Source: Octopus bimaculoides | Taxonomy: Eukaryota | Assembly (NCBI RefSeq): GCF_001194135.2 | Contig: NC_068985.1 | Coordinates: 6,586,557 to 6,650,556 of the forward strand | Direction of reading: 5' to 3' | Length of the DNA: 64,000 nucleotides | Shown here: piece by piece, positions 22,241 to 36,129 of the stretch | Numbering within the stretch: position 1 is the stretch's first letter | Layout of the letters: every line of letters starts with the position of its first letter | The notes under the pieces: generated by a model | Told to the model about the DNA's origin: nothing | Seen by the model: the letters and a program-made list of their open reading frames with translations, nothing else | The model's database searches: none | Made by a program: the position numbers and the translations under genes

Positions 22241-24609
22241 ACTTATACATACATACAAACATACATTCATACACACAATATGTACCTATATTCTCTCATG
22301 ATAAAATGTGGCTCCATGCAGGAGTTCAGATTGTCTTTGTGTTTCAGTGCAAATATGAGGGGAGGTTATTTTGCTCCATTCCGTTTAATTCTTTAATGAA
22401 ACTGCGGAAAAGTGAGATTTTATAGGATTTGTTTTTATATTCGTCCGTAGACAGAAAAAGCTGCGAAGACCTAACACTGCTTTCGTTTCGTATGGGATTC
22501 TTCTCGGAAGCCACATTTCATTCAAAAGAAATACGCATCAATAGCTCCATAATACGTTATATATGAGCGTGCCTGAGATTCAAGTGTGCTTAACATGAAT
22601 TACATAGCAAGAGTGCTTCACATTAATTCCTATGTACTAAAGATAATTTCTGAATTAAACCCGATCAAGACGTGAAACTCATCCTCATACATTTCAGAAG
22701 TGAACACCCGAGTGTTCTTTCGAAAACTTATTCCCGATGGCGATTTTGCTCTCTAATTTCGTTATAAAATAAAAGAAATGAAACACATAGCTTTCATATA
22801 TCGCTAAACTTTTGATTGAGTAATAAATCAATTTTTCAATCTATATACATTCTCAGACTTACTATATATATAACAATTACCTTAATAGCATTCTAATGTC
22901 CCTTCCTTGTAATCAAATTAGTTCATCATTGGCGTATTTATCAGTGTAAACATTCACGTGACTGTTTTCTTGAATTTGTTAAACAAAGTACTTATTTCCT
23001 GTCCCCTGTTCCTAGGACTGTAACGGAATTCTCTATTCAATTAAATTTGAAAACAGCCACCGACATTTTTCTTAACTACTGTTAATTCTTATTAAGAAAA
23101 TGTTATTGCAATATCCATTGTCGATTCTACGAATTCTATTTAACTTAATGTTCATCTCTGTATACGAATAACATAGCGTAAAGCCTATACAGACTTTCCT
23201 ATATATTGCAAATCTGAATTGAATATTTATTGTCGATTGAATTGTAGTTTGGAGAAGATTAATAATATGTATGTTATCGATTCTCTGAAAAAGAACGGAA
23301 AAGTACAACTGGTAGTATTTTAACTCAACATATAAATGATAATAGTCAAATACTGCAAGTAATTTAGTATGACGCTCTACCATGTTTGTTGTACCTCGCA
23401 CTATTGTGAATATATTCCGTTAGTATATTATAGTATATTATATTGACGATTAAGTAAACATGATACAGTTTATACAATACGAACTTATGGTATACCGACA
23501 CAGTGTCAAGTGTATTATCGATCCTGATATCCACAAACCCTGCTAAACTATTCTGTTGTTACATGAGTAAAGTAAAGCGTTTAATACACCAATATGATTT
23601 TTACTAGTTTTATTCGAAAGCATTATCAGTAGTTCCGAACGCTTAGTGTATGTATTGTACAATTTACAACAATTTTGAACAAGTTACATGTTTGGTTTCC
23701 ATCACAAATTCGCATATGAACCAGCCTGACATCTATGTGACGTTATGCACAAAAGGGAAATATTTGACACCCTAACACCAAAATGGGAATATAGCGCTTT
23801 CTGTGTGGCGAAGTATTCACGAAAGGTTACAATTTATTATTAGAATAGATCATACGTTGCTGGTGTCATGCTATCTGAACAGTTCACAAATATTTTTATA
23901 ATTGATTGAAGTATAATTCTGCAAATTGTAGAAGATGAGGCCCGTGAGTTGCTAATTATTGGCTATACATGCGATCGTTAAAATTACAATTATCTAGACA
24001 AATTTGAAAGATTATTAATGTGACAATTCAGACAGAATGGTACGTTGATAGTAACAAATTGAAAATAATTGCCTCTCATATTACGGTTTACTTAACTGCA
24101 AAAGCATATAAGAAAATGACAGAGGAATTCTTATGGAAATTTAAAGAAGAATTGTTTATGAAAGAATAACATTGACGAAATTAGGATTAAATCTCTTTCA
24201 TTTGCATTTATATCTGAACTCCCCAGTCATTAGATTTTGGGATTTAACATAAATTGTATTAAAGTCGTTTATTATCGTATATTAATGCTGCATAATTTGC
24301 TTGACTTCGGTAATTGTAACAATTTGTTTTTTAAGTAATGCGACGGTTATAATTTATTCCAATAAATGAGATTCTCAAGAGTAGCTAATTCGCTTTACAG
24401 TAGAAATCTACGACTGTTATATTGAACTGATTCTTCTTTCCATATGATAATTGCATCGAAGCCGGTGACCTGCAGAACAGTTAGCACATACACACACAAA
24501 TATATACACTTATATATATATAAAATATACACACATATGTATATATGATCTATAAATTCGTAAACGTAAATATTCGTTTCCATTTTACGTAAACTATAAT
24601 ATAATCTTA

Positions 24610-25400
24610 CTTAAATTACGCGTCGTCCGAAGCACAAAACAGTAGATTGAGCTCTCCACCAGAGAAATAGATTAATTGACAAATATCTACAAAGTTTATG
24701 CTATTGAATGTGGATAGTGAATGATGCTTTTTCTCTGGAGAACAGTCAACAAATTGCGAAACGGTCCGTCAGGAAAATCGCGGATTCTTTTTCTCACTTA
24801 TGGAAATACTAGAAGCAAACAGTTCGATAATATCCAAGCAACAATTCTTCTGGTGCATATTCTCAACTAAGGCTATCGAATTCTTGAAGACGTATAAGCA
24901 TTTGAGCGTGAGTATCATACTCGTGTTATTCGCCGTGGAACGAAAAAAAAAATCTTATAAAGTTATTGTCTTGATGAGAAATTTATGAATCAATTCATAG
25001 CCTTGGAAAACGCTTGATATTCTCTTGCATAGAAACTCGAGTTTCGCGGTATATCTTCCCAGCTCGGTCAATCTTGAGTTCGATATCGTCTGATGGATCG
25101 TTTAATCCATCCAGATAAATGAAATGAAAATTCCCTGTGCATAGTATATACATTTATCTTAATTTTCGATAATGACTTATATGAATTTACTCATTTCCCA
25201 TTACTACTTTGATGACAAATAATGTGACAATACAGTATTTTGCAGCAGAACAGTGCAAAATACCTTTAATGTTTGCACAGGATCTAATTTTGTTATATTT
25301 TACAAGAAGAACGAGACGGAGTTTTTGTCGTATCAGCGAATCGTTAAGCAGCCATTGTACCCACGTGATTTTTATATTTACTGAGCTCTAGTGTTATGCA
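24610..25400 (-). mobile_element. Highly degenerate RTE-like LINE 3' relic
   Basis: Minus-strand RFADT (possible FADD), FIYLDG...DIELKIDRAGKIY, RLQEFD; order and spacing fit the RTE C-terminus; many stops. Confidence 0.45.
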
Positions 25401-25524
25401 GTTCTTTGGGATTTCAAGACTGCTAAATGTGATGCAAATGTTCAAGAACAGTTCAATGTTAAATGCTTAGAATTAAATCGTTAAATATTTGTTCTTTTGG
25501 GAAGTCTCAATAATTGTAGTAAAG

Positions 25525-25924
25525 ATTGTTTGCCAACATAACATGGCAGTCCTGGTTTAGGACGAATGTTGCTGTAATTTAATCCCAGGAGACATCGTCC
25601 CCAGCTGGCTATACGACACGATCTGTGTCCTTATATTTTAGAACAAGGGAATCTAGCACTCCAACTGAGCTCAAAACAATATATGTGTATCTCAATTTCC
25701 GGGTTGTTTACATTCATCAGCACAGAATAATTGCTCGGAAGGTAACCCGGAAATCGCGATACGCAGATATTGTTTTGAGCTGAGTGGGGGTGCTAGATTC
25801 TCTTGTTCGAAAATATAAAGACGGAAAGCGTGTCCTATAACCAGCTGGAGAGGATGTCTCCTGACGCTAAATTACAGCAACATTCATGCTAAACCAGGAC
25901 TGCGATGTTATGTTGGCAAACAAT
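25525..25924. repeat. 400-bp fold-back element: 181-bp inverted arms and a 38-bp spacer
   Basis: Arm 25525-25705 (ATTGTTTGCCAACATAACAT...TTTCCGGGTT) is the diverged reverse complement of 25744-25924. Confidence 0.9.
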
Positions 25925-27143
25925 ATTTCCTCCAAAGTACTGTTGCTGAATATCTCACGTTGTGAGATTTAAAAATAGTAATTTTCTAGTCTCAATATTT
26001 TTCATGAATCAACTTCGGGAATGGTTCTCAACAACTTTTTTGTCAGCAAAAATCATCTTCAACATGTTCATTTATACTTGGAATCGATTAGAACGAACAC
26101 TGATCGTTGACGCTTCTACTGTGTATTTCTGGGTGGATACCAGGACACTTTACTCTTCTTGCATTCCATACTCAGTGGCCCGAAATTGAATTTCCTCTTC
26201 AATATGCCATCTGAAATTAAAAACATCCTGAAATTAATAACGAAATAAGTAGATAGAAACTCTTTTTTTTCTATTGAAACATTAGAAAAAAAAAAAGCAA
26301 TTCCGGTTGTCGTAACCTAATTACCTCCAAGCAGTTTAATTAAAAAGATATCAATGGTAAATTCTCTCTAAATATATCTGTATTTACGGAAGTCTTTGTG
26401 AAAGCTGTGAATACTAACCGATACATTATTGCCAATTATGTGAAGACAGACAATGGAATAAATCATTCGATGACGATAAAAATATCATAGACATTTCCAA
26501 CTATTTCATTATTTCCTATAACCATATAACCTAATTCCAATTAATCCACAGCCGACTTAACTAATTTAAAACTTTCCAATGATATCTAGATTTCTCCTCT
26601 TACATATTATGGATTTAAATGGCTACAAATTTCTTTATCTTAATTGAATTCTATAACCTATAAATTCACTCAATGCTTTTACTCTCAAATACTTTATCGA
26701 TAAAAATTTACGCATTCAAAATTATATGGGTACCAATGCATTTAGATGTCCTTAATTAATTGGTTAATTGCTATGCACGAAAATCTCGGACCTTGACACA
26801 TTTTTGCAAATTTCATCTGATTAAAATACATTAGACTTAATTAGGTATTTGTTACTTCTACCTCCGATTTCTTGAAACTTTCAGATTCCTCAAATTCAAA
26901 TTAAAATGTATAATTTGTTTACTGATATTTAGTGAAGAAACCATTTGAAATGTGACATATTTTCACGAGGTAGATTAGTGGCAGTTTGCTCCTAATTAAA
27001 TATAATGCTACGTTAAGAATTTAAATGTAGTCTCACTTTTGAAAGTTTTGGTACAGCTTTCGAAAATGCACCAACTCACCCATTCTGCTTTAATTATTGC
27101 TCTTTTGTCTCTCTTCTTTTCACTTACTCCCTGGGTTTCGAAA

Positions 27144-27197
<54 letters not shown>

Positions 27198-27332
27198 NNN
27201 NNNNNNNNNNNNNNNNNNNNNNNNNNNNNNNNNNNNNNNNNNNNNNNNNNNNNNNNNNNNNNNNNNNNNNNNNNNNNNNNNNNNNNNNNNNNNNNNNNNN
27301 NNNNNNNNNNNNNNNNNNNNNNNNNNNNNNNN

Positions 27333-27465
27333 CAACTTTGCCTTTCATCCTTTCGGGGTCGATCAAATAAGTACCAGTTACGCACTGGGGTCGGTATAAT
27401 CGACTTAATCCGTTTGTCTGTCCTTGTTTGTCCCCTCTGTGTGTAGTCCCTTGTGGGTAGTAAAG

Positions 27466-27470
<5 letters not shown>
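27333..27470 (+). mobile_element. SINE family B 3' half (5' part in gap)
   Basis: ACTTTGCCTTTCATCCTTTCGGGGTCGAT...GGGTAGTAAAGAAATA. Confidence 0.9.
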
Positions 27471-27522
<52 letters not shown>

Positions 27523-28180
27523 GAAGTGTACTTTGAGTTAGTAACGAAACTAACAAACATAGAACGAAACATTAACAAGACTATTATATCGTCGTTCAAA
27601 CTCCAAGGAACAGTTGATAAAGTACATTTAGAAATCCTTGTAACTATATCTTTGGAGATAAATCAAAACATCGAAATGCACATAAGTAAATGATTAACAC
27701 AAGAAAATTTAGAACATATAGCGTGAAAAACAGGTCTGTTTATTTTCTTACTGGTATGCAAAAATCACAGAGTTTTCTATGGAAACATTCTATATCCTAC
27801 CACTTCCTAAGGAATATAAAGACAATATCATTCCGATCTTATCTTATCTTGAAAATTTCCACTCAATACAAATTTATTTTCAGACATTGGCCTTCATATG
27901 GCCATACTTAGTAAAATTCCCTTTCAACCTGGAATGTATTTATCAAATTTTCTCACACTGATCACCTTCTCCAAATAATCCCTAGAATAGAATTTGTTTT
28001 ATCTTTTTCTCTGCACTTCCCTCGATAACCTATACTTAAATGGTGCTTGCTATAGAATCAAAATTATGTCGTCATAATATCTAATAATGAATCTTCACCA
28101 GGTGACCAAGTTGTTTCCTCCTTAGCAGTATTGTTGACTATGTAATCTATTAAATTCGTATCATATTGCCCATATACTAT

Positions 28181-28355
28181 GTTGGCAAGTTGGCAGGGTC
28201 ATTACGGTGTCGGGGAAACTACTTAACATCAAAACCGCCGGGTTCAGCTTTGCCTTTCATACATTCGGTGTTGATAAAATAAATTAGCATTTGAACAGTT
28301 CTTCGAGTTTTCAATCCCACGAAATTGTAGGCCATGTGTCAAAATTTGAAAGCAG
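28181..28355 (+). mobile_element. Degenerate SINE family B
   Basis: GTTGGCAG...CCGCCG...CTTTGCCTTTCAT...GTGTCAAAATTTGAAA. Confidence 0.6.
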
Positions 28356-29778
28356 TATAGTGACCATATATTTAAAATTTCCATATGACTTCTACTTAAT
28401 ATTCATTTACACTTGTTCACAACTCTATTGGAAGCGAGAGAGAGGAATATATGTTTTTCTATACACGTAAGTTGACGTTGATTCTTTTATACATACTAAT
28501 CACTCGAAAAAGATTATGTAAAACAGAGAAAAGCACATTTATTCTTGTCAATAAAATCCTAATTTTCTTCTAAACATAGACCATCCGAGATTCCCAGATT
28601 CCAGCATAATATCTTTCACCGGTACACTTTATTTTGGACTCACTCTATTCTATTCTTTTATATTTCGAACATACACAGTTTATGTTTCAATGCTATCCGA
28701 AAGAGAATTACATTGTATTATTTCTCCTAATATTTCTTTTAATTATGGCTTTGATGTGTAGTTTATAGTTCTGTTCTTTCAATTTCATTATAGTTTCTCG
28801 TCTATATTATTGTTTGTTTCTGTATTGCAATGGATTTTGGATTTTGCATTGTTCCCGTTTATTTTCAATTTCCTTTATATGCTATTCCTTTCTGTAAAAT
28901 GTGCATTATTGTCTTTGGACAAATTTCATTCTCTCTCAATGTTAATGGAAGCGGCATTTTCTTTATTCTGCTCATAGAAAAACAATTCGACCTTATCATT
29001 CAACAACCGATGTTTCATATACTGCACCTCAAATGAAAATATGCCATTGAAAGAGAAAGGCTAGCTAATTAGCTTGATAATAAAAATACAGTGAAATATT
29101 ATATGGGATATATAATGGCCAACTGTTTTCATATAGTGCGATCATTTGTTTAGTTCCTATTCTTTTATGAATTACATGAAAACGAAATGTAATGTTTCAT
29201 AGATTATTATGTGCATATGAAACTTTATATATATATATATGTATGTATATATATATATATATATATNNNNNNNNNNNNNNNNNNNNNNNNNNNNNNNNNN
29301 NNNNNNNNNNNNNNNNNNNNNNNNNNNNNNNNNNNNNNNNNNNNNNNNNNNNNNNNNNNNNNNNNNNNNNNNNNNNNNNNNNNNNNNNNNNNNNNNNNNN
29401 NNNNNNNNNNNNNNNNNNNNNNNNNNNNNNNNNNNNNNNNNNNNNNNNNNNNNNNNNNNNNNNNNNNNNNNNNNNNNNNNNNNNNNNNNNNNNNNNNNNN
29501 NNNNNNNNNNNNNNNNNNNNNNNNNNNNNNNNNNNNNNNNNNNNNNNNNNNNNNNNNNNNNNNNNNNNNNNNNNNNNNNNNNNNNNNNNNNNNNNNNNNN
29601 NNNNNNNNNNNNNNNNNNNNNNNNNNNNNNNNNNNNNNNNNNNNNNNNNNNNNNNNNNNNNNNNNNNNNNNNNNNNNNNNNNNTATATATATGTGTGTGT
29701 ATGTATGTATGTATGTATATATGTACATACATATATATACACATATGTATATATATATGTGTATACATACATTAAAAA

Positions 29779-29945
29779 GTGTGTTTGTGGGTGTATTTGG
29801 TGTCTGTGGCGTGATAACCGCTGTCGGAATGTTTATGTCGTTGTGAGTGAGTGGTTCGGCAAGAGAGACCAATAGAATAAGCGCCAGACTCGAAAGGAAA
29901 ATAATAAATGTTGTCGATTAATTTGACTAAAACTTTCTAATGAAT
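29779..29945 (+). mobile_element. Degenerate SINE family A 3' half
   Basis: GATAACCGCTGTCGG...GTGGTTCGGCAAGAGAGACCAATAGAATAAG. Confidence 0.65.
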
Positions 29946-32394
29946 AAAACAAATAAACAACAAAAGATAAAATGTACATAAGTTAGCAAGTACGAAAGAC
30001 ATGGATATCGTTGAAGAGTAAATAAGGTGCAGTATCTCAAGAATATCGTGTCAGCATACAGTTCTCTGACGCGAAACATAAGACTAAAGTTTTTCTTTAT
30101 ACTTTGGAAGATATTCCTGTCAATCACTACCTGAAGGTCCATACGGGTCATTATTACTGTTGCAGGTGAACGACATCAGCTTCAGATGTCGCATTACATC
30201 AAATACGATGAGAAATACGAAATGATTTGCAGCGGAATACAATACCACATTAATATTGCGTGTGTGAAGATAAAGTACAAATGCACAAATGTTAAGAGTA
30301 CCACGTTTTTTAAAGCCGACAACCACCTGTGTAAATTTTTAATGATTTGAAATGTAAAGCTCGGCAGTAAATCTAGCAATTTCACTGTTTGAAAATAATT
30401 TAGGTATAAATATTGCTGCCATTAATATGTCTCTATATTGTTTTCATTTAATAAAATTCCATGATACGAACTGCTCAATGGTTCTCTAGTTTCTTTCTAT
30501 TAGGACCAACTTCTTAAAAGATGTTTCTTACTCGTGAGTTTATCATGCTGACGCACAACATTTTCCTGTACGCTTTAAACATTTCCACTCACTTCCGTCC
30601 GTTCATTTCATGTTTACACTTGCGACATAGATTCCCAGATAAAATATTCATCACCACAGGAAATGTGATTGATTCAATATTATATTAAATAATTCTACGA
30701 TATTTTAATGTCTTTAATATCTATCCTTCTGTCATTACACATTTTGTTTTTACTATTGCCATATCGAACAATAAATGAATGGGAGAAAAATTTTTTTTTT
30801 AATAAGTGGCCCAAATCTTCTTCGCATCGCATTGCTGGTTAAATAACTTTGCACTATCCCCGAAATAGACGGAGGACATGTAAGGGAGGCCGTGTTTTAT
30901 ATGGTTACGACTACTGCCTTAGGTCTTCCTTCTGCTGCAGAAAGAAGAGGTTAATTATTTTAATCAATAATGAGTAAAAATGTTTACGATCCAATTATAA
31001 CATTTTAAAACACGTTTCGAACAGTTAATATCTGAATTATAATAAGTTTCTTCATAATATCTTTAAAATGTGTTTTGAGAAGTGAACAGTGTTAAATGTA
31101 AATGGGTGGCACGAAACCAATTATTATTTAAATCGTTTGTTTGACCCCCTAAATTTTGGTGAAAACACTGACATTTTATTCAAATTTACTGCGTCCTACC
31201 AGAGCAGTTCATTTCTTTTCGAATTGTTTACGGTTTCTTTAAGCATGCCCTATGTTTTCCCTCGGTTAAGATGTACATCTTGGTTTGGTTCTTAATTAGA
31301 TATTAAAATATGAACTCCAGAACAATAACTAAATGTATTATGTCATTGGATTATATTATGATGCTTTAAATTTATTACTTTTTAAATTTTTGCTGCATTT
31401 TGAGAGCGTACTAAACATTTCGGTCCGCAGATAATTCTTTCGATCTACATCATTTGGAAAGCAAATTGATTTGTTGTTTTAGAGCATGATCTTTTGTTGT
31501 TTCAATCGTAATTTTTCCTTCTATTCATTTTATAGATTTACAATTATATTTTAATTACATATACATGATAGACTCATAAATGTTTTGAGAATTCTTATAA
31601 ATTATAAACTTTCTAAAGAGATTATTGAAAATTATTTAATGTAAAATGAGAATATTAAATCATATTAAATTTGTAATGGAATTTCATTGTAATCATTCTG
31701 ATATATAAATTGATATTACGCGATGCCGTTCGGAATTTACAGTATATTGTATCCTTCTTGTGAAGAAAAAAAGGAAATGGCAAAATATACTGATTTTAAT
31801 CATATACTGATTATTTTGTTACTTGTGTTATCGAACTGACGTAACATTCAAAATCATATAATTAATTTGGTTGTCGGTTTAAAATATTTCTCAGTATCTG
31901 AGTAATAGGCTAATGTATGAAACTCTGCATACTTACAGAGCATGCGAAAAGGAACATACAAAGCCCCTTAGCATCACATCCTACCACTTATAAATCTAAT
32001 AATTACACAGTGGGTAAAATGCGTTTCATCAAATCGTGACCAATTACGGTTTCACTTGAAACTGAACAACAACCACAATCTTATATATTTCTCGCAACGT
32101 CACACTGACACACATTCCTGTGGGTAATTGTATGTAACAGAGAAAATACGGATATATCACTTACTGTGTGCCACGTCTCTGGACGACATATGAAACAGGT
32201 ATACATGCTAACATATTAGATTAGTATGGTTTGTATTAACCGTTGTCTGACATATATAACTGATCTTATTTTTTCAGGCAAGAACAATTTAAGTTATAAT
32301 GGTTTTCCCTTTTGACTTTTGAGTTGCGTAGCTTTAAGTCTAAAAGATATCAAAACCAATTAAATATTAACTTACAGATTAGTACAGAATTTAT

Positions 32395-32582
32395 GCCGGC
32401 ATGGCTGAGTGGTAAGAACCTTGCTTGCCAACCACATGGTTCCATGTTCAGTCCCACTGCTTGGTACCTCGAGCAAGCGTCTTTACTATATCTTCGGGCC
32501 AACCAAAGCCTTGTGAGTGAATTTGGTTTATGGAAACTGAAAAAGCCCGTCGAATATATATGTATATATATATATATATATA

Positions 32583-32617
<35 letters not shown>

Positions 32618-32770
32618 TTATGTATTTCTGTGGGGGTGTGATGTTTCTGTCGCTTGACAACTGATGTTGATGTGTTTACGTCCCCGTAATTTAGCGGTTC
32701 GGCAAAAATGGCCGCTAGAATAGGTACTAGTTGATTCATTCGACTAAAAACCCTTCAGTAAAAGAATAAA
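32395..32770 (+). mobile_element. SINE family A, full-length with central (TA)n(TG)n
   Basis: GCATGGCTGAGTGGTAAG (A box), GTTCAGTCCC (B box), body and 3' half. Confidence 0.9.
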
Positions 32771-33789
32771 CGAATATTTTTGTAGGCATGTATGTATTAT
32801 GTATGTATGTATGTATGCACGTATGTATGTATGTATATGTATGTGTGCATGCATGTGTGCGTATGTGTGTGTTTGTCTCTCGATCGTCACTTGGCGACCA
32901 TTTTTGGTTTGCTTACTTTACAGTATATAAGTACTACGTTGAATTTATTCAACGAAACCACTTAGGCTATGTCCCAAAATAGTCGCACACCAATAGCTGA
33001 AGCATTGTAAAAAATAAACGCTATTACATAGTCGCTGTATTTATTCAAAAGTCTAAGATAGGAGGTCGATATTCACTTTAAGCTGAAATGGAACAAAGAA
33101 AATATTGAGAGGAATGTTGCTCCATAATTCCAAGGGAAAGCGATGAGAGAAACGTTAGCAAAATTCAATGATAACATATAAAATAAATATAAAGTTATGA
33201 AAATAGAAAATAAATAAATAAAAATAATCAAATACTTAAGGACACTCGGACGAGAATGGAAAAATCAGTTTGTAAATAAATAACTCTGAAGATGCTTTGA
33301 ATTGTTTGAGATTTTATTTAACGTGGAAGATATATATACAAAATAAATACCTAAGTTATTCTATTATCGTATCAACATGAAATCTTAGCATGTTGTAAAT
33401 GATAGACGCTAAATATTCTGTACAATGCATGTAATATATGTACAATAACGCAATAATTAATCAATTAATACCCAGTGTAATTTGTGGTTAATTTTCTACA
33501 GCATAGAATAAATATAAGAATTAGTGGGCATTTAAAATTCATAAAGTTTACGATTGCTGAATACAATACCTATCCTGTATAAATTATGATGAACTGAAAG
33601 CTGAAAATTCGTATCTACTAAACTTATTGCTGGTTGGGCAAAAATTTTACCGAAGAAGGGTACGCAAATTTACAGTTTAATGTCTTATATAAAGAACTGG
33701 CATTTATCTTTTTAATCCTTGACGGACATATGGATATTAAAATATTGTATTGAAAGGATTTTGTAGATGTAAGATATCAAAAATATTCT

Positions 33790-33998
33790 TTTCCACTCTA
33801 GGAACAAGGCTCAAAATTTTTGGGGAGGCGCTCAGTCGATTAGATCGACCCAGTACGAAACTGGTACTTAGTTTATCGACCCCGAACAGATGAAAGGCAA
33901 AGGCTTCCTTGGGGAAATTTAAACTCAGAACGAAAAGACATGAAATATCGGTAAGCATTTCGCCCGGCGTGCTAACATTTCTGCCAGCTCACCGCCTT
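33790..33998 (-). mobile_element. SINE family B, copy 1 of a tandem dimer
   Basis: Full head-to-tail homology to family B. Confidence 0.9.
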
Positions 33999-34009
33999 AG
34001 AAGATATCG

Positions 34010-34217
34010 CTTCTACTCTTGGCAAAAAGCCCGAAATTTTGGGGCAGAGGGCCAGTTGATTAGATCGATCTGAGTACGCAACTGGTATTTAATTTATCGA
34101 CCCCGAACGTATGAAATGCTAAGGCGACCTTGGCAGAATTTGAACTCAGAACGTAGACAGACGAAATACCGCTTACTATTTCACCCAGCGTGCCAATGTT
34201 TCTGCCAGCTTACTGGC
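34010..34217 (-). mobile_element. SINE family B, copy 2 of a tandem dimer
   Basis: Full head-to-tail homology; AAGATAT at all three junctions. Confidence 0.9.
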
Positions 34218-34945
34218 TTAGAAGATATTACAAATATTAAGGAAATGCCAGGGTTTCATGAAATACTTTGACATTACACAAGACTGGAACATTTTGGACA
34301 GTTGAAATGAGGACACTCTTAAACAGCATTAAAAAAATATTTAGTACAACATTTATAGAAATAAAATTATAGGGACACCTGTCTTTTTCTTTCCAGCATT
34401 TAAAAATGATATATTATCATAAGGCTGACACCGGAAATGACTAATGATGAAAAAATATTTTTGTATATGTAGAAAATATTACGAATATACACATAAAACT
34501 GGTGATGCCTTGTCTCATATCCTCCTTCAATATTTTGTAAAGTTTCAGGGAGAGAAATAAGACAAGGAGAAAAAGAAGAATTAGAATTTGGATGCAAGAT
34601 AGAATATATAACAGTAGATGAGAAATAGGTCTTTATGAAACAACGACGCCATTTATCAAGAAAAGTGAACAAGGTGAAATGGGCATCTGTTCAGTTTACA
34701 GCAAGGATACGGTCCGGAGTATATTATAGACTGTATCTTTAATATAATGTGTGCTTCTGGAGTAGCCCAAGGGCTCGTAACATACACAGTAGCGTTCAAA
34801 TATTTATATACTTAATCTGAATATCATTCTGTTTGTACTCCTATTCGTTCATTGTTGCTGTGTATGCATTTTAATTTTGACCCCACACGGGGCCCTATGA
34901 TTTAAGTGCCTGATACGCCTGCATCTTAATATATATATATACATA

Positions 34946-35821
34946 CATGGTGAGAAGGATAAATTGTCGACATTGTGTCCTTTTAAATTCGGGCATGTGC
35001 ATTATTTTTTGATTTTCTCGACTACACAATATAGTAGGGTCAGCTGGGCACCGTCCCTGAGAACAAAATAGCCACCATGACGCAATTCACTCTGCCAGAA
35101 ATTTGGAAACGACATGCTGTACTGCTTGGCATTCACGTCGGAAGCGCCAATGCGAACGTTTTAGAGTTTTGGGGTGTGAAGCTGAGGACAGCGCAATCTG
35201 AGGACATGTCCATAGATTAATAAGAATCAAACATCCAGTCAACATTATAGTGCTTGGTGTGATCACTAATGATGGCGACTTTATGCCTCCATACGTCATC
35301 AGACTTAACATGGATGCCTGCATCAAGTGCCCGGCGGAGGCAGTGCTGCCTTGGCTCAAGAGGACGGCTGCTGGAAGACCCTATGTCTAGCAACAGGACT
35401 CTGCACCATGCCACACAAGCAGGAGAACCCAGTTATGGCTGTCAGACAATTTCTGCGACCACATCACAACTGACATTAGGTCATCTAACTCCCCAAATTG
35501 CAACCAACTTGATCATTATGTGTTAGGCGCAGTTGAGCGATAAACCAACAAAACTCCTTGTAACATCCAAGATGAACTAATTGATGGCAAGGATTATAGC
35601 AGCATTCATCAACGTAAACAGAGAGGCTGTTCAGAAGAGTTGCGGGAGATTCCGAAGTGGTTTGGAGGACGTCGTTGAAGCCAATGACGATTTTATTGAA
35701 TAAATTTACTCTTTGAATTTCGAGATATCTTTATGTAATTTTGGTAAATATGGCTTTTAAAATGCAATGTCAGTTTTATTTTCATTTTAGGTAATTTAGA
35801 CAATTTATTCACCACAGCCTG
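34946..35821 (+). mobile_element. Internally deleted IS630/Tc1/mariner element of DD37D (maT) type
   Basis: QQDSAPCH...SPNCNQLDHY with 37 residues between the two D; imperfect TIRs CATGGTGAGAAGGATAAATTGTC / GACAATTTATTCACCACAGCCTG; TA on both flanks. Confidence 0.85.
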
Positions 35822-36028
35822 TACCTACGTACATACATACTACATAGATGCATGCATACACACATACATTCATACATGCATACATACATACATACATACA
35901 TACATACATACATACATACATACATACATGCATACATGCATACATACATACATACTACNNNNNNNNNNCATACATACATGCATACATGCATACATACATA
36001 CATACTACATACATGCATACATATATAC

Positions 36029-36069
<41 letters not shown>

Positions 36070-36129
36070 TAGATATATCCTTAATCCTAATGTTTTTGTT
36101 GTTCTAGATACTTAGGGAGAAGTGGCGCA

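Noticed and set aside
26118-26227. Minus-strand TTTCAG acceptors followed by GILKRK...KSKVSW, resembling PP1 SILK and RVxF motifs
   Set aside because: Short, ends in a stop, the motifs are short enough to arise by chance, and adjacent sequence (KMIFADKK) hints at a decayed transposase; RNA-seq would be needed
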